From NCBI GenBank assembly GCA_027001995.1, contig JALTLO010000177.1, positions 11,193 to 75,192 on the forward strand: 64,000 nucleotides of DNA, read 5' to 3'. This document shows, piece by piece, positions 37,694 to 46,630 of the stretch (the first letter of the stretch is position 1; each line of letters opens with the position of its first letter). Origin of the DNA: Planctomycetota bacterium (GTDB lineage: Bacteria; Planctomycetota; GCA-002687715; DRQF01). The notes under the pieces are model-generated. The model did not search any database. It worked only from the letters and a program-made list of their open reading frames with translations, and was not told the DNA's origin. Made by a program: the position numbers and the translations under genes.

Positions 37694-39469
37694 TCAAGCC
37701 TGAGCCGAGGACTCAATCTCCGTGTTAAGCCTCTGGATTGTGGCGACGATCTCTTTCAATTCCAGTTCTTCTTCTCTCATACGGCCAAGGGCTGTGGATT
37801 CAGCTTTGGTCAATTGGGTTGTGAGCTGGTCAAGGAATGAGTCTTTCCATTCGCTGGAATTCAGAAATCGGCGACACCGGGATACGACTTTCTTGTAGGC
37901 GGCGGCTCTCAACAAGGCGATGTAAATAACATAAATCATGAGCACGAATGCTGCGGAAACCATGAGGTGAACAGCGCCGGACATGCGGACCAAACGGAAC
38001 GCAAGCCTGCCTGACAAGGTACTCAGCCCCCTGGTGGGTCTCAGGATCTCTTCTGCCAGAGGCTGCACCAAGGGAAACCAAAGCAAAGGGGCCCATACCA
38101 ACATGCGGCGCTTCCATCGTGAAAGGGTGCTGGTCTTTTTGCTCGTGCCTTGTAGGGCCCCCAAACCTTCTTGAATACGGAGAACACATTCGTTCTCAAC
38201 CTCGACTAAGCGACTTTCAATGGCAAGCTGGTCTTGCTCTCGGTTTCGGTTTAGAAGAGGAGTGGGAGCCCGGCTGGCCAAGCGCCGCCTTTCTTTCTCC
38301 ATGGCGAGCATGCCCTGAAGGAGTCGTGGGAAAGGGCGATTCTTGATCTTTGATTCTTGATCCTGGGGCAGGAGGAGTTTCGCGCTGTTGAGAATTCGGC
38401 CTACTTGTTTCAAAGGCGATGCCAAAAGTTGTAAATGGGGTAGAAGCGGCCATTTTTGAATCGTCTCGGCGAACAATTCAGCACCGATTTTCTGTGGTGC
38501 GCTGCTTGACTGCAGACGGTTCAACATTTCGTCGTGGATAGGAGGCTCTTCGGTCAGGCACTTCAATTTCTCACGGACCAAGTCTATTTCAGTTGACAGT
38601 TCTTCTTGTCGCTTTTCAAAGTTAATGCTCTTGTTGATGTGCTCAACACGACGTTGAAGAGAGCTCAAACGATCAGATGACTTGATGTTTCGGATTTCTT
38701 GCAGACTGCGTTCCTTGGCGATGTAATCAAAGAACTCAGCGAATTGGTTTCCAGGAATCTGGGCATGGGGATTCTTCGCCGAGCAGGTGAAGAATTGAGC
38801 TGCATTGACATTCGTTTCGGCCTTTGAAAGCGTCTTCTCGACGGCATGTCTGAAATTCTGGAGAAGTTTTTCTGCTCCCAAATGCGGATCGTCTTCGCGT
38901 ACACGGTCAATCTTGTTGAGTAGAAAGACTGCGTTATTGAGGTTTCTCGTTGCTCCATGCCGGGCCAGCCATTCGTGAAAAATACGGTCATTGTATTTTA
39001 GATCGGAAGTCACCCATACAATGAGATCGAGTCCTTGTAAGGCCCGATGCACCACTGCGGCGTGCTCCGGCTTGGATCCATCCATGTCAGGAAGATCAAA
39101 AATGATGATGGATTTGAGCTGCTGGACCTCATGCAGTCCTTTGAATTCATCTAAGTCATTCTTGACAAAATTGAACTTTGGCAAGAGTGCTGCGTGGTCC
39201 TGGTGAAGGTAAGGAATGACTCGTGAAGTCGTTGGGCGACGAACGGATGTTTTCGAGATGTGCTTGCCTGCCAGGGCATTGACGATTGTGCTTTTGCCCA
39301 CGCCGGTGCCCCCGACCAAGCCAAGGGTGAGAATGTCTTCTGGGATTCCATCTCTGTTTCTAAAAGGCAAATCCAAAGGACTAAATGCAAGGGTTGACTG
39401 GCCCTTCAAACTGGATTCTAAGGAGTCCAGCCTTTCTTCGCAGGCCAGGAGATCTTGGTAGGTGCTCAT
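37694..39469 (-). CDS. Dynamin-like / TRAFAC-class GTPase with helical stalk and C-terminal membrane hairpin (paralogue B)
   Basis: G1 is LVGGTGVGKSTIVNALAG (codons ~39287..39313), the G3-like motif is IIFDLPDMDG, and G4 is LLNKIDR. There are long predicted helical regions and hydrophobic segments MLVWAPLLWFPLV and VHLMVSAAFVLMIYVIYIALL. The ATG overlaps the upstream stop (ATGA). Confidence 0.7.
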   Translation of the reverse strand: MSTYQDLLACEERLDSLESSLKGQSTLAFSPLDLPFRNRDGIPEDILTLGLVGGTGVGKSTIVNALAGKHISKTSVRRPTTSRVIPYLHQDHAALLPKFNFVKNDLDEFKGLHEVQQLKSIIIFDLPDMDGSKPEHAAVVHRALQGLDLIVWVTSDLKYNDRIFHEWLARHGATRNLNNAVFLLNKIDRVREDDPHLGAEKLLQNFRHAVEKTLSKAETNVNAAQFFTCSAKNPHAQIPGNQFAEFFDYIAKERSLQEIRNIKSSDRLSSLQRRVEHINKSINFEKRQEELSTEIDLVREKLKCLTEEPPIHDEMLNRLQSSSAPQKIGAELFAETIQKWPLLPHLQLLASPLKQVGRILNSAKLLLPQDQESKIKNRPFPRLLQGMLAMEKERRRLASRAPTPLLNRNREQDQLAIESRLVEVENECVLRIQEGLGALQGTSKKTSTLSRWKRRMLVWAPLLWFPLVQPLAEEILRPTRGLSTLSGRLAFRLVRMSGAVHLMVSAAFVLMIYVIYIALLRAAAYKKVVSRCRRFLNSSEWKDSFLDQLTTQLTKAESTALGRMREEELELKEIVATIQRLNTEIESSAQA

Positions 39470-41145
39470 GAATTCGATCTTCCTGCGCCGGGTTTGAAAG
39501 CAGTTCCTATCTCGTTGAGGGCTTGCGTGGTTGCCCTTGAAGTCCCCATGGCGTTGAGCTCGTTTTCATAGCGTTGGTTTTGCCATGCGATGGTCTCGTC
39601 CATGATCTCGCGGAATTCTTCCTTTGCACGACGGTATTCTTGGGTCATTGCATTGGTGAAACTGGGAAGTCCGATGACGCGAAGTAACTCCCATACTATG
39701 GCGGGAACGACGGCGAGGGTGAGGCCAAGTGTGAGCAAGTGAAGGACCTTATCAACAGCCCAAAGGCGTAGTGTTCCTATAGGGCCAGATTGGTGTGCGG
39801 TTTTTTCGAGACGGGCGGTTTCCAGGCATTTCTTGCCAAACTCATTGAGATGAGTTGCGAGCTTTTGGAATCTCTGAAAGACCTCTTTCTGACTCAACTC
39901 TATTTCATTGGGCCCTGCCAAGTTGGCCAATAGCAAACGTCCCACCTCATGTCTTTGCATGGTTTCTCTGGCCCGGATCTGGGAACTTTCAAATAGATCC
40001 CATGCTTGGTTCTTGACTGTCTTGTCCAAAGCGCAATTCTCTGGCGGATCTAATATGGGTTCTTTGCGGGGGGTGAGAATGCTACGGGGTTGAGTGACGA
40101 TCGTGCGAATCCCTTTGATGACGCTGCGAGGTGAGTAGCGTAGCCAAAATTTCCTGACCTCTTCGTTGTATTCCAGGTTTCTGAGGGCCTGGTCAGTTTC
40201 GAGTTCCATGGCCGAAGGGATTGTTCTTGAGAGATCTTCTCGCAAACGATCTATAGAAGATGCCCATGCGTTGACTGCTGGTAGAATATCGTGGTGAAGA
40301 CCAAAAACGATGGGGTCGAGATTCTCTCGGTTTCGCAGTTTCGTAAGCTTAATTTTGTCTCTTATGGTCTGGATGTCGTCCAGGTCTGCGAGAGAGCCGG
40401 TGTCGTTCTCATCGATGTAGAAAGTGACAAGTGGTTTTATCTCCAAAGTTGCGATCTCAGACTCAAAAGACTCTTGGAGGCTTTCGTCGTTGGTGGGAAT
40501 GCGATTGAGGACAGCGATGACTGGCACGGCGAGATCGCCATAGTTCTTAAATTCGTCGACGGTGCTTTGGTCCGCATATTTCTCAGTGCTGGTGACAAAC
40601 AAGATGACATCTGCCCAAGGTACGATGCGTCTTGTTACTTCTTGATTCCGGTGTGCGACTGTGTCGAAATCTGGGCAATCGACGAGGACCACGGGTGACT
40701 CCGTGATTCCAGGAAGGAAACGGACGGCACCAGTATCTCCGGCGGTCTTGGTGGTTTCTTGACCTGCACGGGGCAGGGTGGGAAAGAGTGCAGTTTCTTG
40801 ATTGAAATGTATTCTTGCTGGGAGAGCACAAATGGCGCCCTTTGTGGCCGGTCGTTCGATGCTGGAGGTGTGAGAAATGGCATTTCCGACGATGGCATTG
40901 AAAAGGGTGGATTTGCCACTGCCTGAAGGTCCAACAAGGACAGCAATGATCGTATTGTCGTCATTGATTTTGCGATGGATCAGAAACAAGGCAGCGTGAA
41001 CCCGTTCTTTGAGTTGGGCTAACTGACTGGCTAATCCCGGGGCGCGGGGAACACGCACTTGCTCTAGAAGAGCCAGGAGCTGCTCCAGAAACTCCTCTGG
41101 ATCCTCATGGTAGTTTTTTTGGGTTTCTGTCATTCCATGAGCCAA
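39466..41145 (-). CDS. Dynamin-like / TRAFAC-class GTPase with helical stalk and C-terminal membrane segment (paralogue A, degenerate G4)
   Basis: G1 is VLVGPSGSGKSTLFNAIVG (codons ~40906..40932) and the G3-like motif is VVLVDCPDFDT. The NKxD position reads VLNRIPT. Hydrophobic segment VLHLLTLGLTLAVVPAIVWELL. Clearly paralogous to 37694..39469 (shared GKST..NA..G..IS.TS..RP.T and VTS..KY.D). Confidence 0.7.
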   Translation of the reverse strand: MAHGMTETQKNYHEDPEEFLEQLLALLEQVRVPRAPGLASQLAQLKERVHAALFLIHRKINDDNTIIAVLVGPSGSGKSTLFNAIVGNAISHTSSIERPATKGAICALPARIHFNQETALFPTLPRAGQETTKTAGDTGAVRFLPGITESPVVLVDCPDFDTVAHRNQEVTRRIVPWADVILFVTSTEKYADQSTVDEFKNYGDLAVPVIAVLNRIPTNDESLQESFESEIATLEIKPLVTFYIDENDTGSLADLDDIQTIRDKIKLTKLRNRENLDPIVFGLHHDILPAVNAWASSIDRLREDLSRTIPSAMELETDQALRNLEYNEEVRKFWLRYSPRSVIKGIRTIVTQPRSILTPRKEPILDPPENCALDKTVKNQAWDLFESSQIRARETMQRHEVGRLLLANLAGPNEIELSQKEVFQRFQKLATHLNEFGKKCLETARLEKTAHQSGPIGTLRLWAVDKVLHLLTLGLTLAVVPAIVWELLRVIGLPSFTNAMTQEYRRAKEEFREIMDETIAWQNQRYENELNAMGTSRATTQALNEIGTAFKPGAGRSNS

Positions 41146-41786
41146 CGATATGATCTTTGGGTACCTTGGGGCTTCTTTGCAAAGGGATAACTATGTCCTT
41201 CTTCTGGTAATGCCAGATGGGCAGGGGGAGGTTTCTCTATTCCTGAGTAGTGTGTCTTTGTACTCGACTCATTGTTCCAAGCTCGGAGGGAACCTCGATA
41301 GTCCATGACAAAAACACGTCTTCCTGAAGAACCGTAGCTCCGGGGCCAGGCGTATCCAATCCAGAAATCTGGATTGACGTCAGAGTCCTTGATTTGGCCT
41401 TCTTGGATGGGGAATCCCAGCTTGTCAACCAAGTAGACGGCGAAGCAGTAGTTCGAGTTGGCAAAGACGTGGCCTTTGTGATCGGATGTCTCCAAGAAGA
41501 GGCGCAATTCATTTCCGATGTCGGCATAGCGCGAACGGTTGTCTCCCAAGCCCATGAGCTCATCGAATGTTCCAAATCGTGACAGTCCAGTTCGTTTCGT
41601 TTCTTCGCGGAATTCATCTTGTGCGCTGGCAATGGCCCGTAGAATCTCGCATGCCTTAGATTCGTTTATTATGAGTTCATCGCTCGATCGCCAAGCACGC
41701 CAAAAGAAGGAAATGCCACAACCAAGAACAACAATGGCAAGTAGTTCCAGGTAAATGTGTCCTGCGTTTCTTTGATCGTGCTTCAT
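41130..41786 (-). CDS. Pilin-like protein (prepilin-type N-terminus, DUF2950/pseudopilin-like body)
   Basis: MKHDQRNAG-HIYLELLAIVVLG has Gly then Glu at +5, as in type IV prepilin leaders (His replaces the usual Phe/Met at +1). NESKACEILRAIASAQDEF and GYAWPRSYGSSGRRVFVMDYRGSL resemble the NE..A...LR.I..AQ and AYP..YG.SG..TF.V pattern of that family. The 3' end overlaps the next gene by 16 nt. Confidence 0.5.
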   Translation of the reverse strand: MKHDQRNAGHIYLELLAIVVLGCGISFFWRAWRSSDELIINESKACEILRAIASAQDEFREETKRTGLSRFGTFDELMGLGDNRSRYADIGNELRLFLETSDHKGHVFANSNYCFAVYLVDKLGFPIQEGQIKDSDVNPDFWIGYAWPRSYGSSGRRVFVMDYRGSLRAWNNESSTKTHYSGIEKPPPAHLALPEEGHSYPFAKKPQGTQRSYRWLME

Positions 41787-41997
41787 GGGAAAAGCGTAAC
41801 TCAGTTGTCCTTTGATTTGACGTTGCGAATAAGCCCCGCGAGGCTTACTCGGTCGACGAATGGATATTTCGGAATCGACTGATAGATTTTCGCATGAGAT
41901 GGTCAGGGGTCAACCCCAACAGGGACCCAAATTATTCTGTTTGGGGAAAGGACGACCCTTCCTTTTCAATCCATGGCCCTCAAGCTATCCTTAGCCT

Positions 41998-43257
41998 ATG
42001 AATGAGAATTTCGAGCAAGCCAGAAGAATTGTCCAAGAATTGAAGGCAGGAGGCCACGAAGCTTTTTTTGCCGGGGGTTGCGTCCGTGATTACCTCTTAG
42101 GAGTCGATCCGAAAGACTATGATATTGCCACGTCCGCCAAGCCAGATCAGGTAGAAGGGCTGTTTTCCAATACCATTGGCGTTGGCAAGCAATTTGGCGT
42201 GATTATTGTCTGTCGAAAGGGCCGCAGTTTCGATGTCGCCACATTTCGAGCTGATGGCAACTATGGCGATGGAAGACGGCCAGATCAGATCTCCTTTTCA
42301 AGCGCCAAGGAAGATGTGCTTCGCCGGGATTTGACCATCAACGGGCTCTTGATGGATCCGGAATCGATGGAAGTGGTCGACTATGTCGGCGGCAAGGACG
42401 ATCTTGAGGCAGGGATTATTCGCACCATCGGTGATCCTCTGCTCCGATTTGGGGAAGATCACTTGCGAATTTTGCGGGCTCTCAGATTCGCTTGTCGTTT
42501 CGGATTTCAGATCGAGTCGGAGACGAAGGGGGCGATCCAGCGCTTGGCAGATAAGGCAGCCAACCCCAGCGCTGAAAGAACGTTTGCTGAGTTAGACCGC
42601 ATGTTGACGGAGAGGGCGCCTCATCATGCCTTGGAGTTAATGGATAGCTTGGGAGTCTTGCCTGTTGTCTTGCCCGAAGTTGCCAAAATCTGGGGCGAGG
42701 TTCTTGAAGATCGTCTCAATCCGAAACCGAACACCGCCTTGACTTATCGGGATCGGACGAAGTTGATCTTCGCTCGTTTAGGCGGATCGATTTCGTCTGC
42801 TTTGGCCTGGTCCATTTTACTTGGGGATTTGGGATTTACTTCACCAGTGGTAAGGGGAAAACGGGCGGCTCAAGTTCTCAAAGGCTTGCGGGCAGCGAAT
42901 GGCCTGATCAAAAAATGTCAGTTTCTTGTGACCCACAGAGATCGGTTGCTTTTTGCCTGCCGTATTTCTCAAGGGAGGCAACGTTTGCTCCTGGCACATC
43001 CTGATTTGGAGTTGATTCACGCATTCACCTCTTGCCAGTGTGGCGCTTCCAATCCCGCTGCTGTCATGGAAAGGAACTTTCCCCAAGATGGCGTGCCTCT
43101 ACCTTGCCCTCACTTGAATGGTAAAGACTTGATGGCTTTGGGTGTTCCTAAAGGACGTATCATGGGCCGGGTGCTTAAGAAGTTGCGTTTTCTTCAACTC
43201 CAAGGCCGAATCCTGGATCGGGAGCAAGCGATCACTTGGGTCCGTGGCACTTTCTAA
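41998..43257 (+). CDS. cca: CCA-adding tRNA nucleotidyltransferase / poly(A) polymerase family
   Basis: FFAGGCVRDYLLGVDPKDYDIATSAKPDQV and RRDLTINGLLMD. Confidence 0.88.
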   Translation: MNENFEQARRIVQELKAGGHEAFFAGGCVRDYLLGVDPKDYDIATSAKPDQVEGLFSNTIGVGKQFGVIIVCRKGRSFDVATFRADGNYGDGRRPDQISFSSAKEDVLRRDLTINGLLMDPESMEVVDYVGGKDDLEAGIIRTIGDPLLRFGEDHLRILRALRFACRFGFQIESETKGAIQRLADKAANPSAERTFAELDRMLTERAPHHALELMDSLGVLPVVLPEVAKIWGEVLEDRLNPKPNTALTYRDRTKLIFARLGGSISSALAWSILLGDLGFTSPVVRGKRAAQVLKGLRAANGLIKKCQFLVTHRDRLLFACRISQGRQRLLLAHPDLELIHAFTSCQCGASNPAAVMERNFPQDGVPLPCPHLNGKDLMALGVPKGRIMGRVLKKLRFLQLQGRILDREQAITWVRGTF

Positions 43258-43430
43258 TTTCAGCATTTTTTCCGCAGCAGTGACGGACGCAAGTGCACTC
43301 TTCGGACACAGTTGCACCTGCTTCGATTTCTTATGCAGTCACTGAAGGAATGATTCATTCAAGTTGTTTAGCCATGTGGCCGATTTGGGGGATGCGGTGA
43401 TCATGTCCCACGCGTTTTTCTTGGGGTTAG

Positions 43431-43886
43431 ATGACTGAGATGACTTTTGCCAAAATGTCACACGATAACGATCCAATTGATGCATTCGAGCGGAAACGCC
43501 GGATGCAAGAAGGTGATGCGCCTTCGCTTGAACCGATGGATGCCTCGGGTATTGACGACATGCTCGATGCTCTCGACCGCGTCTTGTCTGCGGAAGAAAC
43601 GCAGGTCAACGTCGATGCAACAGAACCCGCGCCCATCGTTGAAACGGTTGTCGCCATTTTGCACGACCTCCAAGACAACTGCGAACGCCTTTCGGTGGCT
43701 GCTGCCCGGGAAGGTGATGTTCTGAGCCAAGATTTCTTGACCGTTATTCAGCCTCGATTGCAATTCTTGATCAAACGAGCAGAAGATATGCCTTTGCCTG
43801 CTGCGGGGGCCATCGAAGTTGAGCTAGACTACGAGGCACTTCATGCCTTCATGCTTGACCCGGACATCGATCGCTTGGCATCTTAG
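43431..43886 (+). CDS. Hypothetical acidic protein
   Basis: 151-aa ORF, Asp/Glu-rich. No family recognised. Confidence 0.35.
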   Translation: MTEMTFAKMSHDNDPIDAFERKRRMQEGDAPSLEPMDASGIDDMLDALDRVLSAEETQVNVDATEPAPIVETVVAILHDLQDNCERLSVAAAREGDVLSQDFLTVIQPRLQFLIKRAEDMPLPAAGAIEVELDYEALHAFMLDPDIDRLAS

Positions 43887-43918
43887 GCCGACTCCAACTC
43901 AGTCACGACATTGGCGCT

Positions 43919-44803
43919 CTATGAGGTCTTTTGGGACAAAGCCCAGGCGGACAAACGGAGCAGAGCGTAGCAGCCAAGAGAGAGCCCTGCTAGTTGGTTT
44001 TGTCCCCAGGCGAAAGCCCAGACCGCGTCATAAAGTGGAAGTGCGAAAATAACATTGCGCACGATAAGCCCTGCCGCTGGGTTTGGTTTATGACATGGCC
44101 AAAGGATGAACACAGTCAAGCACAATGAGAGAATCCCTGTCGTCAGGAAGTCTGTTCCGCGAGCCAAAAGGGGAGTGAGCAAAGTCAGGGCCAAAATGAC
44201 GATGAGAGGTCGGATTGATGTATCCTCTTCCTCGTCGGATTCAAAATTTGAGATGGCCGTGATGGTGGTGATCAGCAAGAGATAGGACAGTGGCACCAAC
44301 AGCGCTGACCACCTGAAGACGGACTCCCACTCCTTTCCCAAGGTCGATCCCAAGACTGTGCCAATGAGGACACAGGTGAAACGGCACATGCCCATGGCGC
44401 CACTGGCCGCCACAGGCCAAGGTTTTAAGGCAGCATCATAGAGCACGACAAGCATACATAGGACTATGCCCACAAGGATAAGCGACGGGGCCGCCAGGCC
44501 CAGGGAAACCAGGCCTCCTATCAGGAAGAAGGTGGCGACAAGCTGAGCGGTTCTGACCGTAACGCGGCCTTGGGGTAGAACTCTATCTGGATGCTCTATT
44601 TGGTCCTTCTCGACGTCGACAATGTCATTCAGGCACATGCCAAAAGCATAGAGGAGCATGGCCCCTAAACTAGCCAGTAGGAGGCGGCCATCTATCTTGA
44701 GGGTTGGATCCCATGACTTAGCCACAGCGAAACCCAAGATGACGTTGGACGCCGCCGTGAAGCTGTTTGGCAGACGCATCATCTGCAGAATGGCTATGAG
44801 CAT
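43919..44803 (-). CDS. UbiA-family prenyltransferase
   Basis: Polytopic membrane protein with NDIVDVEKDQIEHPDRVLPQGRV (NDxxDxxxD motif). Confidence 0.8.
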   Translation of the reverse strand: MLIAILQMMRLPNSFTAASNVILGFAVAKSWDPTLKIDGRLLLASLGAMLLYAFGMCLNDIVDVEKDQIEHPDRVLPQGRVTVRTAQLVATFFLIGGLVSLGLAAPSLILVGIVLCMLVVLYDAALKPWPVAASGAMGMCRFTCVLIGTVLGSTLGKEWESVFRWSALLVPLSYLLLITTITAISNFESDEEEDTSIRPLIVILALTLLTPLLARGTDFLTTGILSLCLTVFILWPCHKPNPAAGLIVRNVIFALPLYDAVWAFAWGQNQLAGLSLGCYALLRLSAWALSQKTS

Positions 44804-44806
44804 CGA

Positions 44807-46630
44807 CTAATTCTTAAAGAAGAACCGAACGATATCTTGGTAAGTCACAAAGACCATCAGGCCCAGAATGAAAACTAATCCAAGCACGTTGGCGTAGCCC
44901 ATAATGCGTTCGCTGAGTGGTCCCCCTTTGATCTTCTCCATGGCCAAGAACATCAAGTGTCCTCCATCTAAGACCGGGATGGGCAAGATGTTGAGGATAG
45001 CTAAGTTGAGGCTCAGTATGGCCATGAAGAACAGGATCTTTCCTAAGCCTTGCTCAACGAAGGTATAACTCACCACGGCAATAGTAATGATGCCGCCCAT
45101 GTTCTTAGCCGCGACTTTGCCCGCTATCAGGGATTTCAACGTCATGAGGATAGATTTAAATTGACTGATTGCTTGGCTGAAACCGGCGGTCATGCTTTGG
45201 GGGAATGACAATTGGACCCGTTCTTGAAGGGGCCGGAGTTTGAGCTTCTTCAGTAGGGTGTTCACCATGGATGGGGCTGCTTTGATGGGGAAGGTTAATT
45301 CTTCGCCACCACGATTAACGATGATGGTTTCGCTTTTGCCTTTTGCAGCCTCTTTGAGCTCGGTGAATTGCTTCCAGCCGTCCATGCCTTTCTTAAGCTT
45401 CTTACCGGCGTAAGAAATCAATATGTCGCCATTCTTGAGGCCTGATATGTCGGCTTGGCTTCCTGGGAAGACGCTGACCTGAATGCCGTCGTTGAATTCT
45501 AATTGGAATGAGCTCAGGAATGATGCGGGGTCCCCGTCCCATTTGTCCGTTTGCAAGAGCATCTCATCGCCATCACGTTGGATAAGGACGGACAGATTTT
45601 TTTGCCCAGACATGGCGAAGATGCGCTTCTGGATGCCGTTGAGGTCGCTGATATCTTCCCCGGCAATCTTCAGAATGACGTCGTTCTTCATCAAGCCGAG
45701 GGCCTGGGCGGCGCTGGGGCTGTTGTCTTTTGTTGGGCGCAAATCTGCTACCCGCGTGCGCAAGGTGCCAACGCCAATGCTCAAGGTGTCATCGTTGATT
45801 TTTTCGAATGTTGCAGGGACGGAAACGACCTTCGTTGTCTCGCTTCCAGGCTCACGGACAGTCAGAGACATGAGCTCGCCTTCACGAAAGGCTCCTGGCC
45901 CCATGGATAAACCGGCGGTCACGGGAACACCTTGGACAGCCACCAACTCCATTCCAGGTTCGATACCAGGGGGTAACTCTTCAGCCTTATCATCGAAGAA
46001 ATACGTCTTGCTGCCGTACATGCCAATGAGATGGAGACCCTGGTTTTCGTCATACCTGGGTTCGACGGTCTTCGTGATTTCCTTGCCGTTTCGGATCAGA
46101 GTGAACGTCTTCTCGTCGTCGCTAAAGGCTACGGACGTGCGAATATCGGTAAAAGATATGACATCGGAGTCATCGATCTTTGCTACCCGATCTCCAGGTA
46201 AGATGCCCGCCTCCCAAGCGGCACTTCCAGGTGCTACAGACCCGACCACGGGTGCCTCAAATGGGACCCCGATGGTGAATGCCAGGGGAAATGCAATGAT
46301 GGCAAAGAAGATATTCATGATGACCCCGGCCGAAACGACCCAGGCTCTTTGACTAATGGTCTTGCCGAAGAACTCTTCGCCAGTGCTTTCGTCCCCTTCT
46401 TCTTTGAACTCTCCCGCCATCTTCACGTAGCCGCCCAAAGGGATGAGGCTGAGCTTGTAGGTGGTGTCGCCCCGCGTGAAGCCCCAGATTGTTGGTCCAA
46501 AACCCAAAGAGAATGCTTCGACGCGAATGCCGACTTTCTTGGCCACCAAGAAATGGCCAAGTTCGTGAACGAAGATGAGGATGCCAATCGCTAAGACGAC
46601 AACGCCTCCCTGTACAATGCTTAGTAGCAA
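44807..46630 (-). CDS. rseP: RseP-type site-2 zinc metalloprotease (M50) with PDZ domains
   Basis: FVHELGHFLVAK (HExxH) and NILPIPVLDGGHLMF. An unusually long periplasmic insert (607 aa total) is consistent with multiple PDZ domains. Confidence 0.9.
   Translation of the reverse strand: MLLSIVQGGVVVLAIGILIFVHELGHFLVAKKVGIRVEAFSLGFGPTIWGFTRGDTTYKLSLIPLGGYVKMAGEFKEEGDESTGEEFFGKTISQRAWVVSAGVIMNIFFAIIAFPLAFTIGVPFEAPVVGSVAPGSAAWEAGILPGDRVAKIDDSDVISFTDIRTSVAFSDDEKTFTLIRNGKEITKTVEPRYDENQGLHLIGMYGSKTYFFDDKAEELPPGIEPGMELVAVQGVPVTAGLSMGPGAFREGELMSLTVREPGSETTKVVSVPATFEKINDDTLSIGVGTLRTRVADLRPTKDNSPSAAQALGLMKNDVILKIAGEDISDLNGIQKRIFAMSGQKNLSVLIQRDGDEMLLQTDKWDGDPASFLSSFQLEFNDGIQVSVFPGSQADISGLKNGDILISYAGKKLKKGMDGWKQFTELKEAAKGKSETIIVNRGGEELTFPIKAAPSMVNTLLKKLKLRPLQERVQLSFPQSMTAGFSQAISQFKSILMTLKSLIAGKVAAKNMGGIITIAVVSYTFVEQGLGKILFFMAILSLNLAILNILPIPVLDGGHLMFLAMEKIKGGPLSERIMGYANVLGLVFILGLMVFVTYQDIVRFFFKN

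Noticed and set aside
45483-46352. 289-aa plus-strand ORF inside rseP. Similar long antisense ORFs lie at 51284..52087, 54742..55374, 15341..15967 and 17831..18412.
   Set aside because: Each is antisense to a gene with strong motif support, and the translations are Ser/Arg/Pro-rich without motifs. Treated as shadow ORFs.
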